From: Thermodesulfovibrionales bacterium
GTDB lineage: Bacteria; Nitrospirota; Thermodesulfovibrionia; Thermodesulfovibrionales; SM23-35
Direction: 5' to 3'
NCBI GenBank assembly: GCA_963715195.1
Contig: CAVQRT010000002.1
Coordinates: 128,001-192,000, forward strand
Length of the DNA stretch: 64,000 bases
In this document: one piece after another, positions 8,761 through 17,422 of the stretch
How positions within the stretch are numbered: the first letter of the stretch is position 1
Layout: every line of letters begins with the position of its first letter
The notes under the pieces: model-generated
What the model was told of the DNA's origin: nothing
The model's database searches: none
What the model saw: the letters and a program-made list of their open reading frames with translations, nothing else
Position numbers and translations under genes: made by a program

Positions 8761-9639
8761 TTAGCTCAAATCCCGGTGGATAATATTCACATCAACCGGA
8801 TGCTTTCTCAGATGCCTCAGTAATTTCTCCGCAATGGCAGGAGAGCGGTGGTTTCCACCGGTGCATCCCACGCCAATCGTTAAGTACGATCTTCCTTCTT
8901 TGACATACTGGGGGATGAGAAAATCTATTAGTCCCTGGATCTTTCTAACGTATGATTTCGCAGTTTTGTTTGTAAGGACATAATCTGCAACCGGCCTGTC
9001 AGTCCCCCGCAGCATCTTTAATTCAGGGACAAAGTTTGGATTGGGCAAAAATCGCACATCAAAGAGAAGGTCTATATTCTGGGGGGCACCGAACTTGAAT
9101 CCGAAAGAGATAATCGTGACGACCATTGCCTGCTTGCCTGTTTGTATCCCATAGAATGTGGTGATCAGATGCCTTAGTTGATGAGGGGTGAACGACGATG
9201 TATCAACAACCCGGTCTGCAACATCCTTCAGAGGTCTGAGCCTCTCTTTTTCCGCATGTATTGCCTCGTCAATATTTCCTCCGAGGGGATGCGGCCTGCG
9301 TGTCTCCCGGAATCGTCTCATGAGGACGTCTTTCTCTGCCTCGAGAAAAAGAACCTCGGTTTGATATTTCTTCTTGAGGGTTTCGAGCACATCGTGGATT
9401 TCAGACAGAGATCCCTTTTCCCGTATGTCAATACCTATTGCTATTTTTCTGATCTGCCTGTTCTTTGATATGATCGATGCAAAAGAGTCTATGAGTGCAA
9501 TAGGAAGATTATCCACGCAAAAAAAACCTGAATCCTCAAGGGATCGCAACGCGACAGTTTTTCCAGAGCCGGAAAGGCCGGTGATTATGACTATTACTGG
9601 GTTCAATCTCTTAGGAAAGATGCATGCTAAAGGATGCAA
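8761..9639 (-). CDS. rapZ: RNase adapter RapZ (YvcJ family); start uncertain
   Basis: P-loop GLSGSGKT, VDNLP, ETRRPHPL, SFGFKFG, DVRFLPNP, GCTGGNHRS. Confidence 0.95.
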   Translation of the reverse strand: MHPLACIFPKRLNPVIVIITGLSGSGKTVALRSLEDSGFFCVDNLPIALIDSFASIISKNRQIRKIAIGIDIREKGSLSEIHDVLETLKKKYQTEVLFLEAEKDVLMRRFRETRRPHPLGGNIDEAIHAEKERLRPLKDVADRVVDTSSFTPHQLRHLITTFYGIQTGKQAMVVTIISFGFKFGAPQNIDLLFDVRFLPNPNFVPELKMLRGTDRPVADYVLTNKTAKSYVRKIQGLIDFLIPQYVKEGRSYLTIGVGCTGGNHRSPAIAEKLLRHLRKHPVDVNIIHRDLS

Positions 9640-9712
9640 GATTCACGATTCCATGCATAGATACCCTTATCAAATGCCTGCATCGCATATCGTACATCGT
9701 GTTTCGCGCATC
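9619..9712. repeat. Inverted pair of heptamer tandem arrays between hpf and rapZ
   Basis: gatgcat gctaaag gatgcaa gattcac gattcca ... ctgcatc gcatatc gtacatc gtgtttc gcgcatc. Confidence 0.75.
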
Positions 9713-9713
9713 T

Positions 9714-10235
9714 TCACTTTACCGGTTCTATAAGACCGAAATTGCCGTCCCTTCTCCGATAGATAACGTTAATATCACCACTGTTATCATTTGTGAAGAC
9801 GAAGAAGTTCTTGTCCAGGAGTTCCATCTGCATCGCTGCCTCATCAGGGCTCATCGGTTTCAGTTCAAATCTTTTATTTTTTATGATCCGTCCGGTTTCA
9901 GGTGCAATGGCCTCTGTAGTCATTACGCTTGATTTTCCCTCTGCTTTCCTATGTGAAACAAGCTTCTCCTTATATTTTTTGACCTGCCTCTCAAGCTTTT
10001 CCGTGACTTCATCTATTGATGAATACACATCGCCTGTTATGCCTTCAGCCTGGATAAGGATACCGTTGGCTTTCATCAGAACTTCCACTTTATGCCGGTA
10101 CTTTTCTACACTGATCGTAACAATTGCTTCTCCGATATTCGACAGGTAACGGTCAAACCGCTTAATCTTCTTTTCTGCATAGGTTCTCAGGGCTGGGGTA
10201 ATGTCAAGGTGTCTTCCTGTAACGATGATATTCAT
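9714..10235 (-). CDS. hpf: Long-form ribosome hibernation promoting factor
   Basis: MNIIVTGRHLDITPAL N-domain and KPMSPDEAAMQM...NVIYRRRDGNFGLIEP C-domain; follows rpoN. Confidence 0.95.
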   Translation of the reverse strand: MNIIVTGRHLDITPALRTYAEKKIKRFDRYLSNIGEAIVTISVEKYRHKVEVLMKANGILIQAEGITGDVYSSIDEVTEKLERQVKKYKEKLVSHRKAEGKSSVMTTEAIAPETGRIIKNKRFELKPMSPDEAAMQMELLDKNFFVFTNDNSGDINVIYRRRDGNFGLIEPVK

Positions 10236-10246
10236 ACTTCCTCCTT

Positions 10247-11689
10247 TTAGTGGGCCGATTTTCTTCGTTGTATTTGTGATGGTATCCCGAGTTCCTCACG
10301 GTATTTTGCAACCGTTCTCCGCGCTATCACGATGCCGTCTCGCTTGAGCATTTCAGCGATATGCTGATCGCTCAGAGGCTTCAAGTGGCCTTCTTCTAAT
10401 ATAATTTTTCTGATTGTATTTTTTACCGCTGTTGATGAAACACTTCCGATCCCGCTGGCCAGGGCGCTGCTGAAGAGGTAACGGAACCCAAAGATGCCGT
10501 GTTCGCAGGATAAATATTTATTTGAAGTAACCCTGCTTACCGTGCTCTCATGCAGGTTTAGGGATGAAGCGACCTCTTTCAGCGTCAACGGCTTAAGGTG
10601 TTCCACTCCGCCATCAAAAAAATCTTTTTGGAGATCAAGCAGCGTCTCGGTAACACGATATATGGTTCTGTGCCGCTGATCAAGACTCTTCAGCAGACCA
10701 ACTGCAGAGCGCATCTTTTCGATGAGGAACTGCTTATCCTCCTTGGGAAAGGCGCTGTTGTGCTGTATAAGATTTTTATAGAAACTGCTTACTCTGAGTT
10801 TCGGGACTCCCTCATCATTCAGAATAATCTGATACCCATCCTCTGTCCTTGTCAGATAGACATCGGGGGAGACATAGTTGGGGCTTGCATTGGAGAAATT
10901 TCTCCCCGGTTTCGGTTCGAGTCCCTCAATGACCTTCACTGAAGCAAGGACTTCGTTGAGCGTAATGCCGTGCTGTTGTGCTATCACCGGATATATCTTT
11001 TTCTCCAGTTCATTCATATTGTTCTTGATGATCTTTTCGACGATCGTATCCTGGAGTTGCAGTGCCTTGACCTGCAACAGAAGGCACTCCAGAAGGTTTC
11101 GGGCACCGACTCCGGGGGGGTCGAAGGTCTGTATCACACTGAGTGCTTCTTCGGCCTTTTCGATGCTGTCCCCTGCGGCAGCACAGACTTCTTCGAGAGA
11201 GGCAACAAGGTATCCATTTTCATCAATATTGCCGATGAGAATTTCCCCGATCCTCATAATAGGTTCGGATACGTGCGAGAGCCTCAGTTGCCATAATAGG
11301 TGGTCATACAGATCAGGTTTCTTTGAAAGAAATTGCTCAAATGATGGCGGAGTGACTGTGCCGGGGTTGAAATATCCCATATCTCTCCCGTCAGAAATAC
11401 GGTCCTCGAAGTATTCGTCCACCGAAAAGTTCATAAGCTTCTCAAGTGGAACTCCTTCATCATCATGTTGCTCCTCAATCTCGAGAGAGTCTTTTTCTTC
11501 GGGCGTGAGTTCATCGAGGGATACCTCATCAGAAGACTCCTCAAGAAAAGGATTTTCCATGAGTTCCAGGTTGAGAAACTGAGACAGTTCGAGGTGTGGC
11601 ATCTGGAGCAGTTTGATCGCCTGCTGCAGTTGGGGCGTCAGGATTAATTTCTGCGTTAATCTGAGCTCAAGCCTGCTCTCGAGAGCCAT
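10247..11689 (-). CDS. rpoN: RNA polymerase sigma-54 factor
   Basis: LTPQLQQAIKLLQM, HESTVSR and RpoN box ARRTVAKYRE. Confidence 0.98.
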   Translation of the reverse strand: MALESRLELRLTQKLILTPQLQQAIKLLQMPHLELSQFLNLELMENPFLEESSDEVSLDELTPEEKDSLEIEEQHDDEGVPLEKLMNFSVDEYFEDRISDGRDMGYFNPGTVTPPSFEQFLSKKPDLYDHLLWQLRLSHVSEPIMRIGEILIGNIDENGYLVASLEEVCAAAGDSIEKAEEALSVIQTFDPPGVGARNLLECLLLQVKALQLQDTIVEKIIKNNMNELEKKIYPVIAQQHGITLNEVLASVKVIEGLEPKPGRNFSNASPNYVSPDVYLTRTEDGYQIILNDEGVPKLRVSSFYKNLIQHNSAFPKEDKQFLIEKMRSAVGLLKSLDQRHRTIYRVTETLLDLQKDFFDGGVEHLKPLTLKEVASSLNLHESTVSRVTSNKYLSCEHGIFGFRYLFSSALASGIGSVSSTAVKNTIRKIILEEGHLKPLSDQHIAEMLKRDGIVIARRTVAKYREELGIPSQIQRRKSAH

Positions 11690-12411
11690 TACAGGGTAAA
11701 CTCCTCCCCAAGGAAAGCCTCTTTGACTCTTGCATCTGATGCAATCTTATCAGGGCTTCCTTCCTCGAGTATCTGTCCGTTGCTGATAATATATGCCCGG
11801 TCAGTAATGGAGAGTGTATCGCGAACATTGTGATCCGTTATCAATACCCCAATGCCCCGTTCCTTCAGATAGCTGAGCATCTTCTTCAGTTCCACAATAG
11901 CCAGAGGATCAATGCCGGCAAACGGTTCATCAAATAAAATAAATCTCGGTTTTATCGCTATAGCCCTGGCAATCTCAGTCTTCCTCCTCTCACCACCAGA
12001 GAGCTTGTATCCCTGCTTGTTTGACAGGTGGGCGAGTTGAAACTCTTTCAGCAAACGTTCCCCCTCAGCATGAATCTCATCCCGTCGCAATCCTCTGATC
12101 TCGAGCACTGCCTTGATATTCTCTTCAACGGTAAGCTTTCTGAATATTGACGGTTCCTGGGGCAGATAGCTTATCCCCAGAAGAGACCTCCGGTACATCG
12201 GCAGATTGGTCAGATCTTCCTGATCAAGAAAAATCTGTCCGCTATCCGGCCTGATCAGCCCAACAATCATATAGAAGGTGGTTGTCTTCCCTGCACCATT
12301 TGGCCCCAGAAGCCCCACGATCTCGCCGGTGCTGACATAAAGACTCAGACCACTGACAACAGGCCTTTTCCCGTAATTTTTCCGGAGATCTTTCGCCTCA
12401 AGAAGATGCAT
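11689..12411 (-). CDS. lptB: LPS export ABC ATPase LptB
   Basis: GPNGAGKTT, YLPQEPSIFRKL, LSGGERR, DEPFAGIDP, ITDHNVR; start taken at MHLLEAK. Confidence 0.95.
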   Translation of the reverse strand: MHLLEAKDLRKNYGKRPVVSGLSLYVSTGEIVGLLGPNGAGKTTTFYMIVGLIRPDSGQIFLDQEDLTNLPMYRRSLLGISYLPQEPSIFRKLTVEENIKAVLEIRGLRRDEIHAEGERLLKEFQLAHLSNKQGYKLSGGERRKTEIARAIAIKPRFILFDEPFAGIDPLAIVELKKMLSYLKERGIGVLITDHNVRDTLSITDRAYIISNGQILEEGSPDKIASDARVKEAFLGEEFTL

Positions 12412-12421
12412 GATGAATGTC

Positions 12422-12913
12422 CTATTGCTCTTTCGTATTGGTAAGGAAAACTTTGCTGGATTCGACGAGAAAACGATCTTCATTCATAAGGTATGTCATT
12501 TCTTTTCCTGTGACAACGTTTCCACCGTCAACAGCCCTCGGTTCGCCGGTGAAAACTATCCTTTCCTCCCCCGCATAATAGACTGCCTCCCGTGAAGTGA
12601 TAACAAGGTTTGCCGTGATAACCTTAACCGTGCCGCTCACATCAATCCTGATAACATTCCCGGTTTTCTGGTCATAATGGACAAGCATGTTGTCGGCATA
12701 CATCGTCATATCGGTTGTCCGTGCAATAACAGACTGTTCGAAAAGAGCTGTGTGGGCCTGGTTATCCGCTGTCAGCATTCCGGAGGTTATGGTGACCGGA
12801 CCCTGTATCTTCTTCATCGCATTTTCGGCAGAGATATTTGCTGGGAATGCGAAAAAAACGAGCAGAAAACAGCACAAACAGAAAAAATCAGTTTTGAAAA
12901 ATTGCTTTGACAT
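12422..12913 (-). CDS. lptA: LPS transport periplasmic protein LptA (OstA family)
   Basis: Signal peptide, beta-jellyroll pattern (PVTITS...FTGEPRA); between lptC and lptB. Confidence 0.85.
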   Translation of the reverse strand: MSKQFFKTDFFCLCCFLLVFFAFPANISAENAMKKIQGPVTITSGMLTADNQAHTALFEQSVIARTTDMTMYADNMLVHYDQKTGNVIRIDVSGTVKVITANLVITSREAVYYAGEERIVFTGEPRAVDGGNVVTGKEMTYLMNEDRFLVESSKVFLTNTKEQ

Positions 12914-13397
12914 TTCTGAATATTTTCACTTTCGGTTCTTTTCCTACCTGCATACCCTCGCCTTCCAGAGAAAACCCCTTTCCGTCCAGGCGTACCCTGC
13001 CCTCTGTCCGAATAACGGAGGAAGAGACATCAAGGTCGAGTGAGTCCGCTGTGATGCGGTAATTCTCTCCCCTGGCCTCGACGACAGTGTCTGCTGTAAA
13101 ACTTTTTTCCGGAAAATTATAGGTTCCCTTGTCAGCATAAAGCATGAGGTTATTTTCCGGAATCGCAAGCCGCACGGTATGCAATTCGGCACTATTGCCG
13201 CTATCAGCAAAATCTGCTTTTTCTGCTGTGAGTGTCCAGACAGTCAAACCCTTCTTTTTTTGCACGATCCTAATATCCTCAAGAAACGAACTGCCTTTCA
13301 CCTGCAGATCCGTATCTGACTGGCCGCCCGTCCTCATAAGCCAAAAGATGCCAAAAAGCAGCGCACAGACAAGACCTGCCAGAACTCCTCTCTTCAT
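12888..13397 (-). CDS. lptC: LPS export protein LptC
   Basis: Single N-terminal TM, WTLTAEKA, LEGEGMQ; synteny. Start 13397 or 13412. Confidence 0.8.
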   Translation of the reverse strand: MKRGVLAGLVCALLFGIFWLMRTGGQSDTDLQVKGSSFLEDIRIVQKKKGLTVWTLTAEKADFADSGNSAELHTVRLAIPENNLMLYADKGTYNFPEKSFTADTVVEARGENYRITADSLDLDVSSSVIRTEGRVRLDGKGFSLEGEGMQVGKEPKVKIFRNVKAIFQN

Positions 13398-13465
13398 GAA
13401 AAATTCTATCATACAGCAAGAACTATGTAAACTCTGGATTCTGCAGGACGGGAGTAAGGATTGTG

Positions 13466-13494
13466 TTGAAAAATTTTCTTCCCCTATTGATAAT
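13466..13494 (+). promoter_or_regulatory. Putative sigma70 promoter (TTGAAA-17-GATAAT), 6 nt before ATG 13501
   Basis: Hexamers read directly; no SD before the ATG. Confidence 0.6.
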
Positions 13495-13500
13495 ATATCA

Positions 13501-13821
13501 ATGATTAGCTATGATGATTTCAGAAAATTAGATATCAGAATCGGCATGATCGTATCTGCTGAAAAAGTCCAGGGAACGGATAAATTACTCGCCCTGGAGA
13601 TTAATTTCGGCACCGAGACAAGACAGCTCATCGCCGGTATCGCGGAAACGTACCAGCCTGATCATCTCATTGGAAAAGAGATTCCCGTGCTTGTAAATCT
13701 TGAACCACGAAAGATTCGGGGGATCGAAAGTCACGGCATGATCCTTGCGGTCGATGTTGGAGGCAAAGCCGTCCTGTTGCATCCTGATAGAGATGTTCCC
13801 TCCGGCAGTATAATCAGATAA
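13501..13821 (+). CDS. tRNA-binding OB-fold protein (Trbp111/CsaA/MetRS C-terminal-like)
   Basis: MISYDDFRKLDIRIG, DKLL, RQLIAGI, NLEPRKIRGIESHGMIL. Confidence 0.9.
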   Translation: MISYDDFRKLDIRIGMIVSAEKVQGTDKLLALEINFGTETRQLIAGIAETYQPDHLIGKEIPVLVNLEPRKIRGIESHGMILAVDVGGKAVLLHPDRDVPSGSIIR

Positions 13822-13831
13822 GTACAACAGC

Positions 13832-14842
13832 ATGTGCCCTCACAAAGACCGGTTCAGTGGCTGCCTCATCGGCCAGACTCTTGGCGATGCAACGGGTTTT
13901 GTCGTTGAAGGATTCTCACCGGAAGCATCAGCAAGGTACGTTGAAGATTACCTCAAAACCGAAAAAGCAGGGGAGTTCGGCCGGTTTCCTTTTCCGTTTG
14001 GCCAGTATTCAGATGATTCACAGCTCGCGCGCGAACTGATGGAGAGCTACGCGGAAAAAACATTCTTTGATCCTGCTGATTATGCAAAACGAATCATGCG
14101 CATCTTTTCCGAGAAGCGCATTGTCGGCTTCGGGTATTCGACAAAAGAGGCTGCAAAAAGATTAGCCCTCGGGATTTCATGGGAAGAATCTGGATCTCCT
14201 CCCCCGTCTGCAGGTAACGGCAGCGCAATGCGGGCGGCTCCTGTCGGGCTGTTCTTCTTTAACAATCCGCAGAAGCTCATTCAGGCAGCACATGATCAGG
14301 GCAGGATTACCCACAGAGACCTACGATGCTCAGCGGGTGCTGTCGCAATCAGCGGCGCAGTGGCGATGGTGCTTCAGGACAGCAAATTGCAGCCGGATAG
14401 TTTTTTGTCAACCCTTGCAGAATGGACCGCAGGCTTTGATAAGGATTTTGCGGACGGACTGATATCAGTAAGGCGCTGTTTGTCTCTGCCGCCTGAAGAA
14501 GCATCCCGGTTGATCGCCGATATCGGGATCGAAGCAGACTACATGGACGATGATGAGTGGAAAGGCATGCCCGGATTTGTTATTTGCAGTGTCCTCTGGA
14601 GTCTGTATGCGTTTCTCAGAACACCCGACGACTACTGGGAAACCCTTTGTACCGCGATTTCAGCCGGCGGCGATACGGACACCACAGCGGCTATGGCAGG
14701 GGCAATCAGCGGGGCCTTCCTGGGAATTGGTGCCCTGCCGTCTCGCCTGACAGGGTATCTCACGGACAGGGGGACCTGGGGGATTGAAGCTCTCATCGAA
14801 CTGGCACATCGGTGCTATGACATAAAAATGCGGCAGGGCTGA
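13832..14842 (+). CDS. ADP-ribosylglycohydrolase (ARH/DraG family)
   Basis: GDATG, YSDDS, GNGSAMRAAP, ITH, GGDTDTTAAMAGAISGA. Confidence 0.92.
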   Translation: MCPHKDRFSGCLIGQTLGDATGFVVEGFSPEASARYVEDYLKTEKAGEFGRFPFPFGQYSDDSQLARELMESYAEKTFFDPADYAKRIMRIFSEKRIVGFGYSTKEAAKRLALGISWEESGSPPPSAGNGSAMRAAPVGLFFFNNPQKLIQAAHDQGRITHRDLRCSAGAVAISGAVAMVLQDSKLQPDSFLSTLAEWTAGFDKDFADGLISVRRCLSLPPEEASRLIADIGIEADYMDDDEWKGMPGFVICSVLWSLYAFLRTPDDYWETLCTAISAGGDTDTTAAMAGAISGAFLGIGALPSRLTGYLTDRGTWGIEALIELAHRCYDIKMRQG

Positions 14843-15011
14843 CCCGATCTCTCTCGAACCTTTATTGCATCTGTGGAGAATGGAAAGACTTGAAGTTTAG
14901 GGATACCAAACGGGAAAAGCTGGAAAACGGTGAAGAGTAATAATGCCAGTATAATAAACAAGGGAGAGGACGGGGAATCGGAATAGCAGAAAATACCTTA
15001 ACAGAAAACCT

Positions 15012-15824
15012 ATGGAAAACATCAATCGGCAAACGCCTCTGCACCCTTTTTTTACCGGTGATTCGTATGATACGCCGGGCAACAAGACCCGGCTGCTTTT
15101 GGACCGATTATTTCTGAATACCCGCTGGTATTTTGTTGGCAGATATGCGGGAGAGATTTTCAGATCCCGATCCCTGGCCATAGAGGGACGTTACGACAGA
15201 AGAGTCTGGGCGGAATCCTCTTACAGGATTTTCAAACTCATTGAAGATGTCGGCGGCCGCTTCCATATAAGGGGACTGGATAACCTGCGTTCCTGCCAGC
15301 CGCCTCTGGTTATTGTCAGTAACCATATGAGCACCCTGGAAACGTTTGTTTTTCCCTGTATCATCGCGCCCCTTAAGGAGGTCACGTTCGTCGTTAAGGA
15401 GAGCCTGGTGAATCATCCCTTATTCGGCCCTGTAATGCGCGCCCGTCGACCCATAGCCGTGAAAAGGGCAAATCCGCGTGAGGATTTTCAAACCGTCATG
15501 GCAAGAGGGAGGGAGTTATTAGCCCGGGGAATTTCCATCATTATTTTCCCTCAGAGCACCCGTTCTGCAGCATTTCTGCCAGAGGCTTTTAATTCTCTGG
15601 GCATTAAACTGGCTAAAGCCGCGGGTGTGCAGGTTATGCCTGTGGCCGTTAAGACAGATTTCTGGGAGAACAGCAAGTACCTGAAAGATTTGGGAGCCAT
15701 AAACCGCAACAGACCCATTCATATGGTCTTCGGCCGGCCTTTTCCGATTCAGGGAACAGGGAAAGAAGAACATCAGCAGGTTATCGATTTCATTGCGAGC
15801 CATCTTCGGGAGTGGAAAGGATAG
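15012..15824 (+). CDS. plsC: Lysophospholipid acyltransferase (PlsC family, HX4E variant)
   Basis: NHMSTLE, FVVKESL, IIFPQSTRS, PVAV. Confidence 0.8.
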   Translation: MENINRQTPLHPFFTGDSYDTPGNKTRLLLDRLFLNTRWYFVGRYAGEIFRSRSLAIEGRYDRRVWAESSYRIFKLIEDVGGRFHIRGLDNLRSCQPPLVIVSNHMSTLETFVFPCIIAPLKEVTFVVKESLVNHPLFGPVMRARRPIAVKRANPREDFQTVMARGRELLARGISIIIFPQSTRSAAFLPEAFNSLGIKLAKAAGVQVMPVAVKTDFWENSKYLKDLGAINRNRPIHMVFGRPFPIQGTGKEEHQQVIDFIASHLREWKG

Positions 15825-15943
15825 CGTAAAGCCAGATGCCCAGGTGAAAAGATGATGGCGCTCTGCAACATTAATCTGTTTTATGCTGCGGAAATAAAGT
15901 AAAATAAAATAGAAGTTTTTGATATGGGGGAATCGTCCGCCAA

Positions 15944-16843
15944 ATGAAGGTTCCTTTTTGGTGGAAGCAAATGAGCAGACAAAAACGATTTTCAGGCCGT
16001 GCTCCCTTAAGAGCCACGGTTTGTTTTGAACAGCAGAAAGCTGCCCACAACGTTTGCGTTCTAATCAGAAATATCCTGATAATTTCATTCATCCTTTTCC
16101 CCCTGGGCTTTTCCCTGAGCGGGTGCACACCCAAGTATGGCAGGCATGATCCTGACCGGAAGCAGGCTTTACGCACTCTCGCCGGTGGAGTTGCAGGGGT
16201 GCTGATTGCAGGGAATACCGGTGGAGCTATTGTGGGTGCATTGGTTATTGATATTGTCAGTGTAGCGACCATTCGATACGAAGACACGCAGCTGGAAAAC
16301 GGGGACCAGGCCGCAAAGAAATACAAAGACCTGGAACGAAAAGCGGAAGAGAAAAAGGACCAGGAGAAAAAAGCAGAGGAAAGAAAAGACCAGGAACGGA
16401 AGGCTGAGGAGAAAAAGGATCAGGAGAAAAAAGCTGAAGACAGCAAAGACCTGGAACGAAAAGCGGAAGAGAAAAAGGACCAGGAGAAAAAGGCCGAAAA
16501 GAGAAGATTCGAAGAGAAGAGGGTGAAATTGATCATAGAAGATGCCTCTGTCGCGACCCACGCAGTGAAAAGCGGGGCAACCGTTAAGGCAAATATTCAG
16601 TATACACTGCTCGCGCCGGAGGGAACTGAGAACGTCAGAATTACAGAATCACGGAAAATCTGGACCGCCTACAGCACTTTTGAACTGGATACGAGAGATA
16701 TTATCAGAACGCAGGGCACCTACAGGTCTTCAATTCAGTTCACAATGCCTGACGACATCCCAAGAGGCTACTGTATCCTGTATACCACTGTCTCTGACGG
16801 CAGACAGGTCAAAACAGCCCGCTCTATAATGAACATCCTCTGA
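15944..16843 (+). CDS. Lipoprotein with glycine-zipper-like segment, E/K-rich repeats and a beta-rich C-terminal domain; start uncertain
   Basis: Hydrophobic stretch plus LSGC lipobox; LAGGVAGVLIAGNTGGAIVGALV; six 10-aa KD(L/Q)E(R/K)KAE repeats. Confidence 0.75.
   Translation: MKVPFWWKQMSRQKRFSGRAPLRATVCFEQQKAAHNVCVLIRNILIISFILFPLGFSLSGCTPKYGRHDPDRKQALRTLAGGVAGVLIAGNTGGAIVGALVIDIVSVATIRYEDTQLENGDQAAKKYKDLERKAEEKKDQEKKAEERKDQERKAEEKKDQEKKAEDSKDLERKAEEKKDQEKKAEKRRFEEKRVKLIIEDASVATHAVKSGATVKANIQYTLLAPEGTENVRITESRKIWTAYSTFELDTRDIIRTQGTYRSSIQFTMPDDIPRGYCILYTTVSDGRQVKTARSIMNIL
16325..16504 (+). repeat. Six 30-nt coding tandem repeats with a 120-nt higher-order duplication
   Basis: Units start at 16325, 16355, 16385, 16415, 16445 and 16475; 16324-16371 is identical to 16444-16491. 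Confidence 0.9.
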
Positions 16844-16866
16844 CAAATATATCAACAGTTTATCTG

Positions 16867-17301
16867 TCAACCCTTTGATTTTTTGAACCTGTCGAGTGAG
16901 ACGATTTTCTCATTCCGGAGGCTTGCCCCTCCGGATTTTGATGCACTTCTGGATTCCATGGCTGGATTTCCCTGTTCCAATACATCCCATCGGTCGAACT
17001 TTATTTTGGCGTCAGGGGAAAACACCGACACAATATCATCGGTATAAAGGTAACACTTCTCAGATCTGTTTCCCGATCCAAACCCCAGTGTAGCCTGTAT
17101 GCTCCCGTCTTCAGTCCACACGAGATTTTTATAATTCCTCCGGTTGAAGACCAGAATCAAACCTTTTTTCTTCTCTTCATCGCTGAAGCCCCGCATACCG
17201 ATAACCGTATTTTCAGAATGCTTCACGACAATATAGACCTGACCGTAATCATTCAGAATGTCATGGAAGAGATTCCGGAGATACCTCAGTTGGTTATTCA
17301 T
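16867..17301 (-). CDS. SspB-like ClpXP adaptor candidate
   Basis: Core LILVFN...NLVWTEDGSIQATLGF resembles SspB; low-complexity linker; C-terminal KIVSLDRFKK resembles the alphaproteobacterial SspB ClpX-binding tail. Confidence 0.6.
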   Translation of the reverse strand: MNNQLRYLRNLFHDILNDYGQVYIVVKHSENTVIGMRGFSDEEKKKGLILVFNRRNYKNLVWTEDGSIQATLGFGSGNRSEKCYLYTDDIVSVFSPDAKIKFDRWDVLEQGNPAMESRSASKSGGASLRNEKIVSLDRFKKSKG

Positions 17302-17422
17302 CTCAATGTATCTTATATCATCGTGTAACAATAGACAAAAAGCAAAAAAAGAGCTGTCGATCTGCAAACCGAGTTGGGGGGGAGGGGCCTCCGGGGGAGG
17401 AGACCCCTCGTGGGAGGGAAAC

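Noticed and set aside
10878..11582. Long antisense ORFs (also 39406..40083, 56281..57021, 57058..57723, 58673..59311)
   Set aside because: They mirror well-conserved genes on the opposite strand and show no recognisable motifs.
13144..13500. N-terminal extension of the 225-aa ORF 13144..13821
   Set aside because: Overlaps lptC antisense; the recognisable domain and a promoter both point to ATG 13501.
16325..16504. Repeats as a CRISPR array (also 8021-8162)
   Set aside because: In-frame coding tandem repeats without unique spacers; no cas genes.
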